The notes under the pieces: model-generated | Databases searched by the model: none | The model's input: only the letters and a program-made list of their open reading frames with translations | What the model was told of the DNA's origin: nothing | Program-made: the position numbers and the translations under genes | NCBI GenBank assembly: GCA_028281535.1 | Contig: JANQJS010000047.1 | Location: 1,513 to 65,512 of the forward strand | Direction: 5' to 3' | Length of the DNA stretch: 64,000 nucleotides | Source: Sedimentisphaerales bacterium | GTDB lineage: Bacteria > Planctomycetota > Phycisphaerae > Sedimentisphaerales > SM23-30 | In this document: in pieces, positions 50,190 through 58,603 of the stretch | Layout of the letters: every line of letters starts with the position of its first letter | Position numbering within the stretch: the first letter of the stretch is position 1

Positions 50190-51611
50190 TTAGCAATCGT
50201 AGTACATGTGGAATTCATGTGGGTGCGGACGTAAAGAAAGAGGTTTGATTTCTTCTTCGCGTTTCCATTCGATCCATGCATTGATCATGTCATCTGAGAA
50301 TACGTTACCCGCTTTTAGGAAGTCATTGTCTGCTTCAAGAGCATCAATAGCTTCTGGTAGGTTACCTGGGGTATGGTTGTATTTTGCTAATTCCTCAGGG
50401 CTCAAGTCATAAATATCTTTTTCAAGAGCTTCGCCTGGATCAATTTTGTTTTGGATACCATCCATCACAGCCATGAGCATTGCCGCCCATGCAACGTAAC
50501 CGTTTGCTGAAGGATCAGGGCAACGGAATTCAAACCGTTTTGCTTTAGGATTGTCTGAGTACATTGGAATACGAACAGCAGCTGAACGGTTACGAGCAGA
50601 CATAACCAAGTTCACTGGAGCTTCGAAACCAGGAACCAGACGGTGGTATGAGTTTGCTGTAGGAGCAGCAAAAGCTAAAACAGCATTTGCGTGCTTCAAC
50701 AATCCACCAATCGCATGTAAGCACATTTCGCTGACGCCAGCATATTTGTCACCAGCAAAAAGTGGGGTGTCGCCTTTCCATAAAGAAAGGTGAGTGTGCA
50801 TACCACTACCATTGTCATCAAAGATTGGTTTTGGCATGAAAGTTACAGTTTTACCGTTTTGCATGGCTACGTTTTTGATGATGTATTTGAACCACATGTA
50901 TTGGTCAGCCATTTTCATCAAGTCAGCAAATTCCATATCGATTTCCGCTTGACCACCAGTTGCAACTTCATGGTGGTGAGCTTCGATAACGATACCAACG
51001 CCTTGTAATGCTTCTACCATTTCAGCACGAAGATCGCCATAGGTATCAGTTGGGCTGACAGGGAAGTAACCACCTTTGAAACCTGGTTTATGACCTAAGT
51101 TTGGTTCTTCGAAACGGCCGCTGTTCCAGGCACCTTCAACAGAATCGATTTCGTAGAAACCTCTGTGTTGGTTTTGTTCGTAACGAACTTCGTCAAAGAT
51201 AAAGAATTCTGGTTCAGGACCAATATAGCAGGTATCTGCAATACCAGAATCTTTCATGTATTTTACACTTTTGCGAGCGATGTTACGTGGATCGCGATCA
51301 TAGTTTTCGCGAGTGATAGGGTCAACAACGTCCGCTAAAACACTGACGGTTGGTTTTGCAAAAACAGGATCAATCTTTGCGGTTGATGGATCAGGGATTG
51401 CCAGCATGTCTGATGCTTGAATGCCTTTCCAGCCACGAATAGATGAGCCGTCAAAACCGACGCCATTTTCAAATGTTCCTTCGCTCCAGGTATCGATAGG
51501 GTAGGAACAGTGTTGCCAGGTACCCAGCAAATCACAAAATTTCAGGTCTACCATTTTTGCGCCATTTTTTTTCGCAAAATCAAAAAACTCTTTAGGGGTC
51601 ATAATAACCAT
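50190..51611 (-). CDS. glnA: Type I glutamine synthetase (start likely ATG 51602)
   Basis: [34 protein letters not shown] and EFRCPDP. The adenylylation-loop Tyr is present in KDIYDL. Confidence 0.98.
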   Translation of the reverse strand: MVIMTPKEFFDFAKKNGAKMVDLKFCDLLGTWQHCSYPIDTWSEGTFENGVGFDGSSIRGWKGIQASDMLAIPDPSTAKIDPVFAKPTVSVLADVVDPITRENYDRDPRNIARKSVKYMKDSGIADTCYIGPEPEFFIFDEVRYEQNQHRGFYEIDSVEGAWNSGRFEEPNLGHKPGFKGGYFPVSPTDTYGDLRAEMVEALQGVGIVIEAHHHEVATGGQAEIDMEFADLMKMADQYMWFKYIIKNVAMQNGKTVTFMPKPIFDDNGSGMHTHLSLWKGDTPLFAGDKYAGVSEMCLHAIGGLLKHANAVLAFAAPTANSYHRLVPGFEAPVNLVMSARNRSAAVRIPMYSDNPKAKRFEFRCPDPSANGYVAWAAMLMAVMDGIQNKIDPGEALEKDIYDLSPEELAKYNHTPGNLPEAIDALEADNDFLKAGNVFSDDMINAWIEWKREEEIKPLSLRPHPHEFHMYYDC

Positions 51612-51706
51612 GCTCCTTAAAATTAAAAAAGTTTATAGGATGTTTATATTACTACTGGGTACTATATCGATACCCTTACTTTTCATATGAGATCAAACTT
51701 GCGTCC

Positions 51707-51720
51707 CGACAAAATTGTAA
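51707..51720. promoter_or_regulatory. Single degenerate TAC-N6-GTA-like box upstream of glnA
   Basis: CGAC-AAAATT-GTAA resembles the boxes at 53827 and 56867. Confidence 0.35.
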
Positions 51721-51914
51721 AAGGGGGGCTCGTTTGGGTGGCATCCTTGCACAAATACTGTGAAAAACCTATTTTGCAGGATCACTGGTCTGTGTCCAGA
51801 AAATTCCAGTGGATCTGGCAAAATTTTGAATGTCTATTGAAATAGTGGTGAATTTCGCCAGTTAACACTGACGAAACCCACCTGATTATATAAATTACTC
51901 TTATTTTGTTGGCT

Positions 51915-52256
51915 TTAGCCGATAGCGACTGAGCCTTTTTCTCCTGTTCGAATTCGAATGCATTCATCCATATTCATGACAAAAATTTTGCCGTCACCAA
52001 TATGGTCTGTTTTTGCGGAGCCGCAAATTGCTTCAATCGCAGGCTCTACGAATTCTTCATTCAAAGCGATATCTAATTTTACTTTTTTCAGTAACCGTCC
52101 GACTTCTTTGTGGCCCCGATAAACTTCGGCTTGCCCTTTTTGTCGGCCATGTCCCATAACTTGGGTGACAGTTACCATATGAATACCTTTTTCTTCTAAG
52201 GCATCCATAACTTCATTAAGACGATCTGGTTGTATAACAGCTACGATATATTTCAT
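51915..52256 (-). CDS. glnK: PII nitrogen regulatory protein
   Basis: GHGRQKG, YRG, IGDGKIFV and RIRTGE. Directly downstream of amtB. Confidence 0.9.
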   Translation of the reverse strand: MKYIVAVIQPDRLNEVMDALEEKGIHMVTVTQVMGHGRQKGQAEVYRGHKEVGRLLKKVKLDIALNEEFVEPAIEAICGSAKTDHIGDGKIFVMNMDECIRIRTGEKGSVAIG

Positions 52257-52270
52257 GGGAGAGGTCTCCT

Positions 52271-53635
52271 TTAATCCATAATGGTGTATGCGGTTTCCGC
52301 ATGTTCAGTTAAATCTAGTCCAACGCGTTCATCTTGTTCAGATGCTTTTAAGCCGATGGTTGCATCAACTATTTTGAGTAAGACAAACGAGACGATACCA
52401 GAATAAATTAAAGTATAAATTACAGCTTTTAATTGAATGATTAGCTGATTGGGATCATTTTCTGTTCTGAAAAGTAATCCGTTGGCATCATTACCGGGAA
52501 CTGTTGCGGTGGCAAATATACCTGCCGCAATGGCTCCCCAGATACCTGCAACACCATGTACACCAAACACGTCTAATGAATCATCATAACCAAGTTTTTC
52601 TTTAAAGAAAGCAACAGCAATATATGCAAATATACTTGCACCTATGCCAACGCCGATTGCACCCATTGCGTCAACAGATCCAGCAGCAGGCGTGATAGCT
52701 ACAAGGCCTGCGACAGCTCCTGTGATAATACCTAAAACAGTCGGTTTACCTCTAAACCATTCGATGATAGCCCAGGTAAAACCTGCGGCCGCCGTTGCGA
52801 CATGAGTCACGACAAAAGCGTTTACTGCAGATTCATTTGCTGCGACTGCACTACCTGCATTAAATCCAAACCAGCCAAACCAGAGCAAGCCAGCCCCGAG
52901 AACAGCAAAAGGCAGATTGTGTGGCGGAGAGATTTTTTCAGGATAACCTTGTCGTTTGCCTAATACGAAAGCAGCCATAAGAGCAGCGATACCCGCATTA
53001 ATATGGACGACTGTACCACCGGCAAAATCTAATGCACCATCATTTCCCAGGCCAAAAAAGCCTTCAGCTCCACCCCATACCCAATGGCATACAGGGCAGT
53101 ATACTAATAGTAACCATATGGCTGAGAATACACAGAAACCTGCAAATTTCATTCTTTCAGCAAATGCTCCCAATATAAGTGCAGGTGTGATAATTGCAAA
53201 CATACCTTGAAAAACCATGAATAGTTGATCAGGAATACCTTCTACCATACCGCCGACACGGTGTCCTTCAACACCTCTTAAAAACAAATACTTAAGGTCG
53301 CCGATAAATCCGCCAGCAACATTATCGCCAAAGGCTAGCGAATAGCCAACAACAACCCAAAGTAATGTCATTAAGCACATGCACATAAAACATTGCATGA
53401 GTACTGACAGGACATTTTTGCGGCGAACTAAACCACCGTAGAAAAACGCCAACCCTGGTGTCATTAATAGTACCAATGCTGATGCCATGAGCATCCAAGC
53501 CGTGTGACCTGTGTCGATGCCAGCTGGTTCATCTGCAGCTAGCAGTGGGGAGCTTATGCCATACGACATAAAAAGAAATGCGCACAATCCAATCCATACC
53601 CGCTTACTCTTTTTCATCTGTTTACCCTTACTCAA
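52271..53635 (-). CDS. amtB: Ammonium transporter (AmtB-type)
   Basis: MTPGLAFFYGG, FQGMFAIIT, DFAGGTVVH, WFGFNAGS and DDSLDVFGVHG. Confidence 0.96.
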   Translation of the reverse strand: MSKGKQMKKSKRVWIGLCAFLFMSYGISSPLLAADEPAGIDTGHTAWMLMASALVLLMTPGLAFFYGGLVRRKNVLSVLMQCFMCMCLMTLLWVVVGYSLAFGDNVAGGFIGDLKYLFLRGVEGHRVGGMVEGIPDQLFMVFQGMFAIITPALILGAFAERMKFAGFCVFSAIWLLLVYCPVCHWVWGGAEGFFGLGNDGALDFAGGTVVHINAGIAALMAAFVLGKRQGYPEKISPPHNLPFAVLGAGLLWFGWFGFNAGSAVAANESAVNAFVVTHVATAAAGFTWAIIEWFRGKPTVLGIITGAVAGLVAITPAAGSVDAMGAIGVGIGASIFAYIAVAFFKEKLGYDDSLDVFGVHGVAGIWGAIAAGIFATATVPGNDANGLLFRTENDPNQLIIQLKAVIYTLIYSGIVSFVLLKIVDATIGLKASEQDERVGLDLTEHAETAYTIMD

Positions 53636-53715
53636 AACTAGAACAAATAATTAAAAAACACCTGGTGATATCTTTGCCAGATGTAAATACGCTTTATTTG
53701 GCTGCTTATCGATGC

Positions 53716-53732
53716 AGCAAGTCATGTGCCGG
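53716..53732 (-). promoter_or_regulatory. Sigma54 -24/-12 promoter of amtB-glnK
   Basis: Minus strand CCGGCAC-ATGAC-TTGCT (GG-N10-GC). Confidence 0.8.
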
Positions 53733-53825
53733 GCAAGACAGAAAAATAGAGATTACATATCCAATTGTTAGACAACAAGATATAAATTTAAGTAATTGAA
53801 GGGTAAATTATAAGCAAGATCTAAT

Positions 53826-53870
53826 CCTACAAAATAGTAGGAAATAATAATATAAAATACAAAAGCGTAG
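53826..53870. promoter_or_regulatory. Paired enhancer boxes TAC-N6-GTA
   Basis: CCTACAAAATAGTAGG (53826-53841) and ATACAAAAGCGTAG (53857-53870). They are 30 bp apart and ~100 bp upstream of -24. Confidence 0.75.
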
Positions 53871-54011
53871 ATTGCAGCTATGGATTGCTTGTTGGTCGGT
53901 CCAACGTTGGTTATGATTAATATTAAGTTTTCAAAGAGCTTTGGGGGTGTGTCGTCTTGACACGAGAATGACTACCATTTTTATGGAATAGAATTAAAAG
54001 GATAGTCGAGG

Positions 54012-54061
54012 AAAAAAATAAAAGCATTCTGCAAGCTGCCAAATGGCGTCCTGCAGAATGC
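54012..54061 (-). terminator. Intrinsic terminator after the porin-amt-PII operon
   Basis: GCATTCTGCA...TGCAGAATGC stem with a U-rich tail on the minus strand. Confidence 0.8.
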
Positions 54062-54082
54062 CTATTTATCTAACAAATTGGA

Positions 54083-54424
54083 TTAACCAATAGCATCCTG
54101 GCCGGTTTCACCGGTACGAATACGAATGGCATCCTGAAGATCTAAAACAAGAATCTTGCCGTCACCGATTTCACCCGTTTTAGCACCGGTGATGATCGCA
54201 TCGATCGTAGGTTTGACAAATTCATCACTCACAGCGATTTCGATTCGTGTTTTCTTTAGTAGATTAACTTCAATGTCAGCACCACGATATGATTCATGGT
54301 AACCCATTTGCTGTCCGCACCCTAGTGCGGTTGTTACTGACATCTTACGAATTTCTGCGGCAAATAGTGCCTGCTTAACTTCACTCAATTTCTCAGGTTG
54401 TATATATGCAATAATAAGTTTCAT
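54083..54424 (-). CDS. glnK: PII nitrogen regulatory protein (second copy)
   Basis: [19 protein letters not shown] and RIRTGE. Downstream of amt. Confidence 0.9.
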   Translation of the reverse strand: MKLIIAYIQPEKLSEVKQALFAAEIRKMSVTTALGCGQQMGYHESYRGADIEVNLLKKTRIEIAVSDEFVKPTIDAIITGAKTGEIGDGKILVLDLQDAIRIRTGETGQDAIG

Positions 54425-54456
54425 TTTATGTTCTCCTAATCATGTAAAGGTTAAAA

Positions 54457-55800
54457 TTATTGGTTTGAGAAAATCTGGAAACCACCATAAGCTTCCATTC
54501 CATGTTCGCCAATATCCAAACCTTGTTTTTCTTCTTTTTCACTGACACGAAGTCCCATGACAGCTTTGATGACTAGGAATATAATCGCAGAAGAAACAAC
54601 ACACAATACACCATATCCGATAATACCTTTAATTTGAGCGACAATATCTTTGTCTGTACCAAAGATACCTACAGCTAATGTGCCCCAGATACCACAGGTT
54701 AAGTGGACAGAAATTGCACCGACGGGATCATCGATTTTTGCCTTATCGATCATAAGAACAGAAAAGACAACAATGATACCTGCAATAACACCAATGATGA
54801 CAGATTCAGGTACGCTGACAACGTCTGCACCTGCAGTAATACCTACAAGCCCGGCTAGTGAGCCATTTAACATCATCGTCAGGTCAGGTTTTTTCTGGAC
54901 AACCCAAGAAGTTACCATTGCACCAGCAATACCGCCGGCAGCAGCTAAACAGGTTGTTACTAATACAAATGATGTTCCAGCAGGGTCACCACTTAATACT
55001 GATCCGCCGTTGAAACCAAACCAGCCTAACCATAGTAAGAATACACCAATTGTTGCTAATGGCAAGTTATGACCAGGAATTGCGTTAATTTTACCGTTGG
55101 TATATTTGCCCAATCGTGGACCTAAAATGATCGCACCCATAAGGGCTGCCCATCCACCACAAGAGTGAACAATGGATGAACCCGCAAAATCATGGAATCC
55201 TGCAGCAGATAACCATCCGCCACCCCATTGCCAGCTACCACCGATAGGATAAACAATGGCAACATATATCGCTGAGAAAACAATGAAGCTTCCTAGCTTG
55301 ATGCGTTCAGCAACAGCACCAGAGACAATTGTAGCCGCCGTGGCAGCAAACATGGCTTGGAATAGGAAGTCTGTCCAGTAGGTGTAGCCACCGCTCGCAT
55401 AATCCGGGGTTAAACCATTTTCTGGTAGAGGTAATCCAAATCCAGCAAAGCCAACCCAGCCATTAAAATCACCCGGGTACATTAAATTAAAACCACAAAT
55501 CCAATAGGTTAAAATACCAATTGAAATAATAGCGGTATTTTTTGCTAAAATATTAACTGTATTTTTAGCACGGGTTAAACCACTTTCGAGTGTTGCAAAC
55601 CCTAAGTGCATAGCAAATACTAAAAACGTAGAGACCATCATCCAAATGTTATTAGCTGTAAATAACGCTGGGCTAAAAGCCTCTGCTGCAGCTTCAACCG
55701 CTTCGGCTGCTGCTGCGATTTCATCTTCTGCGAATAGCGAATTGGCTGTTCCGCTGATCAACAGTGTTGGGATAAGTATTTTTTTTAATACTTTTTTCAT
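54457..55800 (-). CDS. amt: Ammonium transporter (second subfamily)
   Basis: MHLGFATLESG, FQAMFAATAATIVSGAVAER, DFAGSSIVH, WFGFNGGS and IDDPVGAISVH. Confidence 0.96.
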   Translation of the reverse strand: MKKVLKKILIPTLLISGTANSLFAEDEIAAAAEAVEAAAEAFSPALFTANNIWMMVSTFLVFAMHLGFATLESGLTRAKNTVNILAKNTAIISIGILTYWICGFNLMYPGDFNGWVGFAGFGLPLPENGLTPDYASGGYTYWTDFLFQAMFAATAATIVSGAVAERIKLGSFIVFSAIYVAIVYPIGGSWQWGGGWLSAAGFHDFAGSSIVHSCGGWAALMGAIILGPRLGKYTNGKINAIPGHNLPLATIGVFLLWLGWFGFNGGSVLSGDPAGTSFVLVTTCLAAAGGIAGAMVTSWVVQKKPDLTMMLNGSLAGLVGITAGADVVSVPESVIIGVIAGIIVVFSVLMIDKAKIDDPVGAISVHLTCGIWGTLAVGIFGTDKDIVAQIKGIIGYGVLCVVSSAIIFLVIKAVMGLRVSEKEEKQGLDIGEHGMEAYGGFQIFSNQ

Positions 55801-55854
55801 AGTAAAAAATCCTTCCGTAAAATTAAATCGTTACCCATTACTCTTGGGGAGTTT

Positions 55855-56619
55855 CTAGAAACTAAAAGAAGTGCTAACGCCACCCCAGAATTCATCTTCT
55901 GTGTTAACGCTGCTGTCCATTGATACTTGATATGTGGCAAATGGTGACAGGCTGACAGATCCGACTTCCATGCTGGTTGATGCCGTAAAGGTCATGTGGC
56001 TCCAGTCGTGATCCGCTCCAAATAGTCCACCATTGTAGTTGATGTCAGCAGCTAAACTTAGACCGATAGTATCAGATACGCTCACATCACCAGAAAGACC
56101 AACTGAAATATAATCACCGTCGACGTCAAAGCCAACACTTTCATTCGTGTACAATTTGCCATAATAAATGCTCGGGGAAATAGATCCACCTAAGATGTTA
56201 GGCATGCTTAAGCCGACACCAACTTCTTCAGTATCTGGTGTGGTCGCGCTACCAACTTTATAAAAATCATAGTAAATGTAATTAAAGCTAACATCAGTAT
56301 GTAACGTTTCGCCTTCCATCACGGTTGTGCCATACGCTACGGTGTAATCTAATTCTGATAATGCTTCACTACCGCTTCCTAAGGGAACGGCTGCCCACAC
56401 ATTTAAACTAAATCCAGCACCTAAGGTGAAATCTACGCTTGGCATATATGCGCTATTTTCACCGAAAATGTCATAACCACGCCAAACATACTTACTGGAG
56501 TAGGTATTGTCGATGGCGACCTGGGCTTGGCAGTTTTGACTAGCTGCTGTTAACGTTATTAACAAGGTTGTTACAATAATACCTGCTCTTTTCACATGTT
56601 TACGACATGACTTAAACAC
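55855..56619 (-). CDS. Putative outer-membrane beta-barrel protein (TIGR02001/TorF-like)
   Basis: Signal peptide, SKYVWRG, ELDYT..Y, YIYYDF, alternating beta-strand pattern and terminal Phe. Confidence 0.75.
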   Translation of the reverse strand: MFKSCRKHVKRAGIIVTTLLITLTAASQNCQAQVAIDNTYSSKYVWRGYDIFGENSAYMPSVDFTLGAGFSLNVWAAVPLGSGSEALSELDYTVAYGTTVMEGETLHTDVSFNYIYYDFYKVGSATTPDTEEVGVGLSMPNILGGSISPSIYYGKLYTNESVGFDVDGDYISVGLSGDVSVSDTIGLSLAADINYNGGLFGADHDWSHMTFTASTSMEVGSVSLSPFATYQVSMDSSVNTEDEFWGGVSTSFSF

Positions 56620-56751
56620 TTTTGGTACTCCTTATCTCTTACAATTTACAATAATTACCTTACTCTAACGGGTTATTCTGCAGGGTACGTTCCCTACTAG
56701 CTAAAATGACTATTTATCTACACCGGTGTTTATAATAGTCATAGTTTTATT

Positions 56752-56768
56752 AGCATATGATGTGCCAA
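56752..56768 (-). promoter_or_regulatory. Sigma54 -24/-12 promoter of the porin-amt-glnK operon
   Basis: Minus strand TTGGCAC-ATCAT-ATGCT (GG-N10-GC). Confidence 0.85.
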
Positions 56769-56796
56769 AACGAGAAGTAAATTATAGGACTTGTTG

Positions 56797-56809
56797 TAAG
56801 TGATTGATT
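56797..56809 (-). promoter_or_regulatory. IHF-type site between enhancer and sigma54 promoter
   Basis: Minus strand AATCAATCACTTA matches WATCAANNNNTTR. Confidence 0.6.
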
Positions 56810-56865
56810 ATTAAGAGGATAATGAATATATTTTCTTTGTTGCCAATATGTCCACTTGGCAATAT

Positions 56866-56911
56866 CCTACATAATTGTAGGGCATCTAGGGCTGAGTTAC
56901 GGAAATGTAGG
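56866..56911. promoter_or_regulatory. Paired enhancer boxes TAC-N6-GTA
   Basis: CCTACATAATTGTAGG (56866-56881) and TTACGGAAATGTAGG (56897-56911, inside the 3' end of the activator gene). They are 30 bp apart. Confidence 0.78.
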
Positions 56912-58484
56912 AGTCTTTAAAGCGTTTGGGGTCAATTCCGTGCTTTTTGACCCTGAGTCCCATGAGTCGTTCAGTTAGGCCGAGTGATTTGGCAGCCTTT
57001 GCCTGGTTGCCTCTGGCGGACTTTAAAGCATCCAAAATTAATTCGCGTTCCATATTATCAAGGGTTGACTGGAGCGTACCTGAATGCTTTGTGCCGCTTG
57101 CTTCTGCTGTTTGCAATGTGGGGGGTAAATGATGTCCATGGAGCACTTCATCCTCTGAGAGAAGTACGGCACGTTCAATACAGTTTTCTAATTCACGAAC
57201 ATTGCCTGGCCAGTGATAGCTCATAAGCATATCAATCGCAGGGGTAGAAATACGTACTACTTTCTTGCTGTTTGATTTGCTATATTTTTCAATAAAATGA
57301 TTAGACAGCAGCAGGATGTCATTTTTGCGTTCTTTTAAGTCAGGCATGTGGATGGGAAAGACGTTTAATCGATAGTACAAATCTTCCCTAAAACTTCCAT
57401 CGCTAATCATCACTTCAAGATCACGATTTGTTGCAGCGATGATTCGAACATCTGATTTTATGGTTTCGGTGCCACCTACACGTTCAAATTCTTTTTCCTG
57501 AAGTACGCGAAGCAGTTTAACTTGGGTTGAAGCTGAGAAATCACCCACTTCGTCCAGGAAAATGGTGCCGCCGTTTGCCATTTCAAATCGGCCTTTACGC
57601 ATGTTTAATGCACCTGTAAAGGCACCTTTCTCGTGGCCAAACAGCTCGCTTTCTATGATCGTGTCTGGCAGGGCGGCACAGTTAACTTTGACGAATTGAT
57701 TGTTTGATCTTAAGCTGTTGTAATGAATAGCACTGGCTACGAGTTCTTTGCCGGTTCCGCTTGCGCCGCGTATCAAGACGCTTGCGTTGCTTTTAGCTAC
57801 CTGAGCAATCATGTCATAGACTGACTGCATGGGCTTAGATTTACCAATTATATTTGTTGGTTGAAATCGATCTTTTAATTGTTCCTGAAGTCGTGTGTTT
57901 TCTTCAAGCAGTTTCTTTTGCGCTTCATTGGCTGTTTGTCGTAAACTCACCGCCTGGGATATCATTGATGCAATAATTGACAATAGGCGAATGTCCTCTT
58001 CAAATGAAATACGAACAGAAAATAAATTATCGACACTCAATGCGCCGATAACCTCGTTGCCCAGCTTGATTGGTACGCATAAAAATGAAATATCTTTTTT
58101 GCGTAATTTTTTACGAGCACCCGTTTTGTTTAGGAATTCTGGTTCTTCTGATATCCGGGGTACCACCATGGGACGACCCGACTGAATCACCTTCCCTGTG
58201 ACACCTTCACCTTGTTGGTATATGCCTTTCTCTTGTTGGCTTTTTGATAAGCCATGAGCTGCTTCGATCGAAATTTCGCCTGTTTCTCTGTTCAGCAGGG
58301 TTAAGGTGCCATGAGTCATCCCCATATTATCAGCGAGTGATTTTAAAACCGAGCCTACAACATCGCGTAGATCTATGCTTTGGTCTAATAAACGGCTGAT
58401 GTCAAAAAGTAATGAAAGTTCTTTAATTTCACGTTTAACCTGGGGGGCTTTCGTTCTTGGCATGTCTTGTCCTATTCTTACCAT
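56886..58484 (-). CDS. GAF-AAA+-HTH sigma54 enhancer-binding protein, NifA/AnfA-like (start likely ATG 58463)
   Basis: GAF (GEGVTGKV, SFLCVPI), GASGTGKE, ESELFGHEKGAFTGA, FLDEVG, WPGNVRELEN and Fis-type HTH LGLTERLMGLR. Confidence 0.92.
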   Translation of the reverse strand: MVRIGQDMPRTKAPQVKREIKELSLLFDISRLLDQSIDLRDVVGSVLKSLADNMGMTHGTLTLLNRETGEISIEAAHGLSKSQQEKGIYQQGEGVTGKVIQSGRPMVVPRISEEPEFLNKTGARKKLRKKDISFLCVPIKLGNEVIGALSVDNLFSVRISFEEDIRLLSIIASMISQAVSLRQTANEAQKKLLEENTRLQEQLKDRFQPTNIIGKSKPMQSVYDMIAQVAKSNASVLIRGASGTGKELVASAIHYNSLRSNNQFVKVNCAALPDTIIESELFGHEKGAFTGALNMRKGRFEMANGGTIFLDEVGDFSASTQVKLLRVLQEKEFERVGGTETIKSDVRIIAATNRDLEVMISDGSFREDLYYRLNVFPIHMPDLKERKNDILLLSNHFIEKYSKSNSKKVVRISTPAIDMLMSYHWPGNVRELENCIERAVLLSEDEVLHGHHLPPTLQTAEASGTKHSGTLQSTLDNMERELILDALKSARGNQAKAAKSLGLTERLMGLRVKKHGIDPKRFKDSYISVTQP

Positions 58485-58548
58485 TTGGTAGGGAGGTCAA
58501 TAAGTTACGGTATCGTATTGCACTTATTGATAAGCTACCATAATGTAG
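58478..58548. promoter_or_regulatory. Three TAC-N6-GTA boxes upstream of the activator gene (autoregulation)
   Basis: TTACCATTTGGTAG at 58478, TTACGGTATCGTAT at 58505 and CTACCATAATGTAG at 58535. Confidence 0.65.
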
Positions 58549-58603
58549 ATGTGCAATTCAACCCCTTTTCTAAAAAAATATGCAAAAAAACAGAGAGATG
58601 ATG

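Noticed and set aside
50074..50196. N-terminal extension of the DUF1294 ORF given in the ORF track
   Set aside because: It overlaps the glnA stop and runs through its terminator hairpin. ATG 50073 is the more plausible start.
51739..51751. TGGCA...TTGC as a sigma54 promoter for glnA
   Set aside because: Wrong strand and wrong spacing (not GG-N10-GC).
56840..56862. TTGCCAA-N9-TTGGCAA inverted repeat next to the enhancer
   Set aside because: No U-tract for a terminator and no second copy at the other nitrogen promoters, so a role cannot be supported.
56886..58484. Calling the activator nifA and inferring nitrogen fixation
   Set aside because: No nitrogenase genes are in the window, and the repeated boxes at its apparent targets are TAC-N6-GTA rather than TGT-N10-ACA.
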